Below are positions 5,211-6,150 of a stretch of DNA of 6,150 nt, piece by piece (the stretch's first letter is position 1; each line of letters opens with the position of its first letter). The position numbers and the translations under genes were made by a program. The notes beneath the pieces were generated by a model. The model did not search any database and had not been told where the DNA came from. It saw only the letters and a list, made by a program, of their open reading frames with translations. The stretch covers positions 1 to 6,150 of the forward strand of contig JAQUVR010000038.1 in NCBI GenBank assembly GCA_028693335.1, written 5' to 3'. Source of the stretch: Candidatus Iainarchaeum sp. (GTDB taxonomy: Archaea; Iainarchaeota; Iainarchaeia; Iainarchaeales; CSSED10-239).

Positions 5211-5860
5211 ATTATTGCCAATATAATTACTGCTATAAAACCAGCAACTGTTGTTGCTAAGAAATTGGTTTGTGCATTATCAATATAACCCTTATTTTCC
5301 CAGAGTGCTCCAATATAGCTGTCTATTATTGATCCTAAAAATCCAACTATTGATATTATTAGTGTTGCCTTAAGATCATATTTAAAAATAAAATTAAAAA
5401 ATATAAAAGTTATTGCGCTTACAAATAAAGCACCAAATATTCCAAGAATCGTTATTCCTCCATTAACTCCTGCATCTACTTTTTTAAAATTAGTTATTAA
5501 TATTGGTTTTTTTTTAGATAATCTTCCAATCTCTGAAGAAAGAGTATCAGAAAAAGCAGCAGATATACTTGCAAGCCCAGCAGTTATTTGTCCAAATACT
5601 AAAAATGCAGAACCAGCAAGGCAATTGCCTAAGAGATTAACATATGATCTTTTTTCATGTTTGTGATTTAAGATCGTTGTAATTCCTTCAGCTATACAAA
5701 AAAAAAGAATAAGATATAAAAATGCAGAAATTCCACCAAATCCTAAAAAGACTGCAGAAATTCCAAATATAAAGCTGATAGTGAATAGATCATATTTTCT
5801 AGTTATCCAAAGAACAATGCCTAGTGCATAAAAAATTAAAAGATAAAATAGAAATGACAT
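5207..5860 (-). CDS. DUF92 / TMEM19 / COG1836 (VTE6 phytyl-phosphate-kinase family) integral membrane protein
   Basis: 217 aa, polytopic. Family-typical 'AAFSDTLSSEIG' (compare aDTwASEiG; codons about 5551-5525), followed by 'PILITNFKKVDAGVNGGITILG' (compare lIT..k.V.pGTnGgvS..G), and N-terminal 'GFGGISAFLYLILFF'. 'AAGGA' SD lies 4 nt before the ATG, which is 14 nt after the rps3Ae stop. Confidence 0.8.
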   Translation of the reverse strand: MSFLFYLLIFYALGIVLWITRKYDLFTISFIFGISAVFLGFGGISAFLYLILFFCIAEGITTILNHKHEKRSYVNLLGNCLAGSAFLVFGQITAGLASISAAFSDTLSSEIGRLSKKKPILITNFKKVDAGVNGGITILGIFGALFVSAITFIFFNFIFKYDLKATLIISIVGFLGSIIDSYIGALWENKGYIDNAQTNFLATTVAGFIAVIILAII

Positions 5861-5874
5861 ATTTTCCTTATATT

Positions 5875-6150
5875 TTATTCAATTAATTTTGCTTTAGAAA
5901 TTAAAACTTTGTTTACAAAACCTAATTTTTGTAATTTTGCTTTTGTTTTCTCAGCAATAACTGGAAAAATCAAATCATGCCAACTTTCTGAAATTGTTTT
6001 TGTTTTAATTTCTTCTTGAATTACATTAATTATTGTTTTTCTTGCTTCTGTTCTTAATGGTGTTGAATATTTTGTTCCACTTATAAACAAAAGTTTTACT
6101 TTTAATTTGTGCCCATCTTTTGTTGTTGCGTAAAACACTGGTTCAATCTT
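5875..6150 (-). CDS. rps3ae: 30S ribosomal protein S3Ae (eS1), C-terminal 91 residues; 5' end lies beyond the window
   Basis: The frame is open to the window edge (KIEPVFYATTKDGHKLKVKLLFISGTKYSTPLRTEARKTIINVIQEEIK...KVLISKAKLIE). This matches the conserved eS1 C-terminal half (TkDGy.lRvk...T.r....q..aiRk.m.e.i.e......e.v.e.i.g.......k.iyP.r.v.I.K.kvl). The 'M' at 6138 in the ORF track is an internal GTG (Val) codon. Confidence 0.8.
   Translation of the reverse strand, partial: KIEPVFYATTKDGHKLKVKLLFISGTKYSTPLRTEARKTIINVIQEEIKTKTISESWHDLIFPVIAEKTKAKLQKLGFVNKVLISKAKLIE

Noticed and set aside
6136-6138. 'Met' start of the 87-aa ORF at 6138
   Set aside because: The codon is GTG and the frame stays open to the window edge (KIEP upstream). 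eS1/S3Ae proteins are much longer, so this is an internal Val of a truncated gene.
1-6150. Search for tRNA, rRNA, CRISPR repeats, IS or integrase ends, and defence-system signatures
   Set aside because: There are no GC-rich structured segments, no regularly spaced direct repeats, no terminal inverted repeats, and no nuclease, helicase, methylase or integrase motifs in any frame. The gene content is housekeeping and membrane biogenesis.

Overview
This is a very AT-rich window, about 95% coding (roughly 280 nt of intergenic DNA in total). It reads as an ordinary archaeal chromosome segment. The archaeal markers are ribosomal protein S3Ae/eS1, a UPF0147 protein, a Nog1-type GTPase, an archaeosortase-like protein, and secF placed before secD. 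The Ile/Lys/Asn-rich, shortened proteins and tight gene spacing suggest a small-genome, DPANN-like lineage; that placement is inference only.

I support nine genes:
- Minus strand, 1-1427: Nog1-like GTPase, then its own promoter gap, then UPF0147 followed by a truncated gene that may be PolD small subunit DP1.
- Plus strand, 1565-4775: a tightly spaced secF - secD - 146-aa Trp-rich polytopic membrane protein tricistron.
- Minus strand, 4779-6150: rps3Ae (5' end outside the window) - DUF92/TMEM19/VTE6-family membrane protein - 143-aa archaeosortase/exosortase-like protein.

I see no rRNA, tRNA, CRISPR array, transposase, integrase, inverted-repeat boundaries, or recognisable defence or toxin-antitoxin module. 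I cannot point to a clear new system.

The most noteworthy signal is a half-size archaeosortase-like gene that keeps a Cys...Arg...His signature. It is coupled by an ATGA overlap to a DUF92 (isoprenoid-phosphate-kinase family) gene. It sits tail-to-tail, 3 bp apart, with a secFD operon that carries an extra membrane-protein cistron. All family assignments come from reading motifs by eye and need HMM or structure confirmation.
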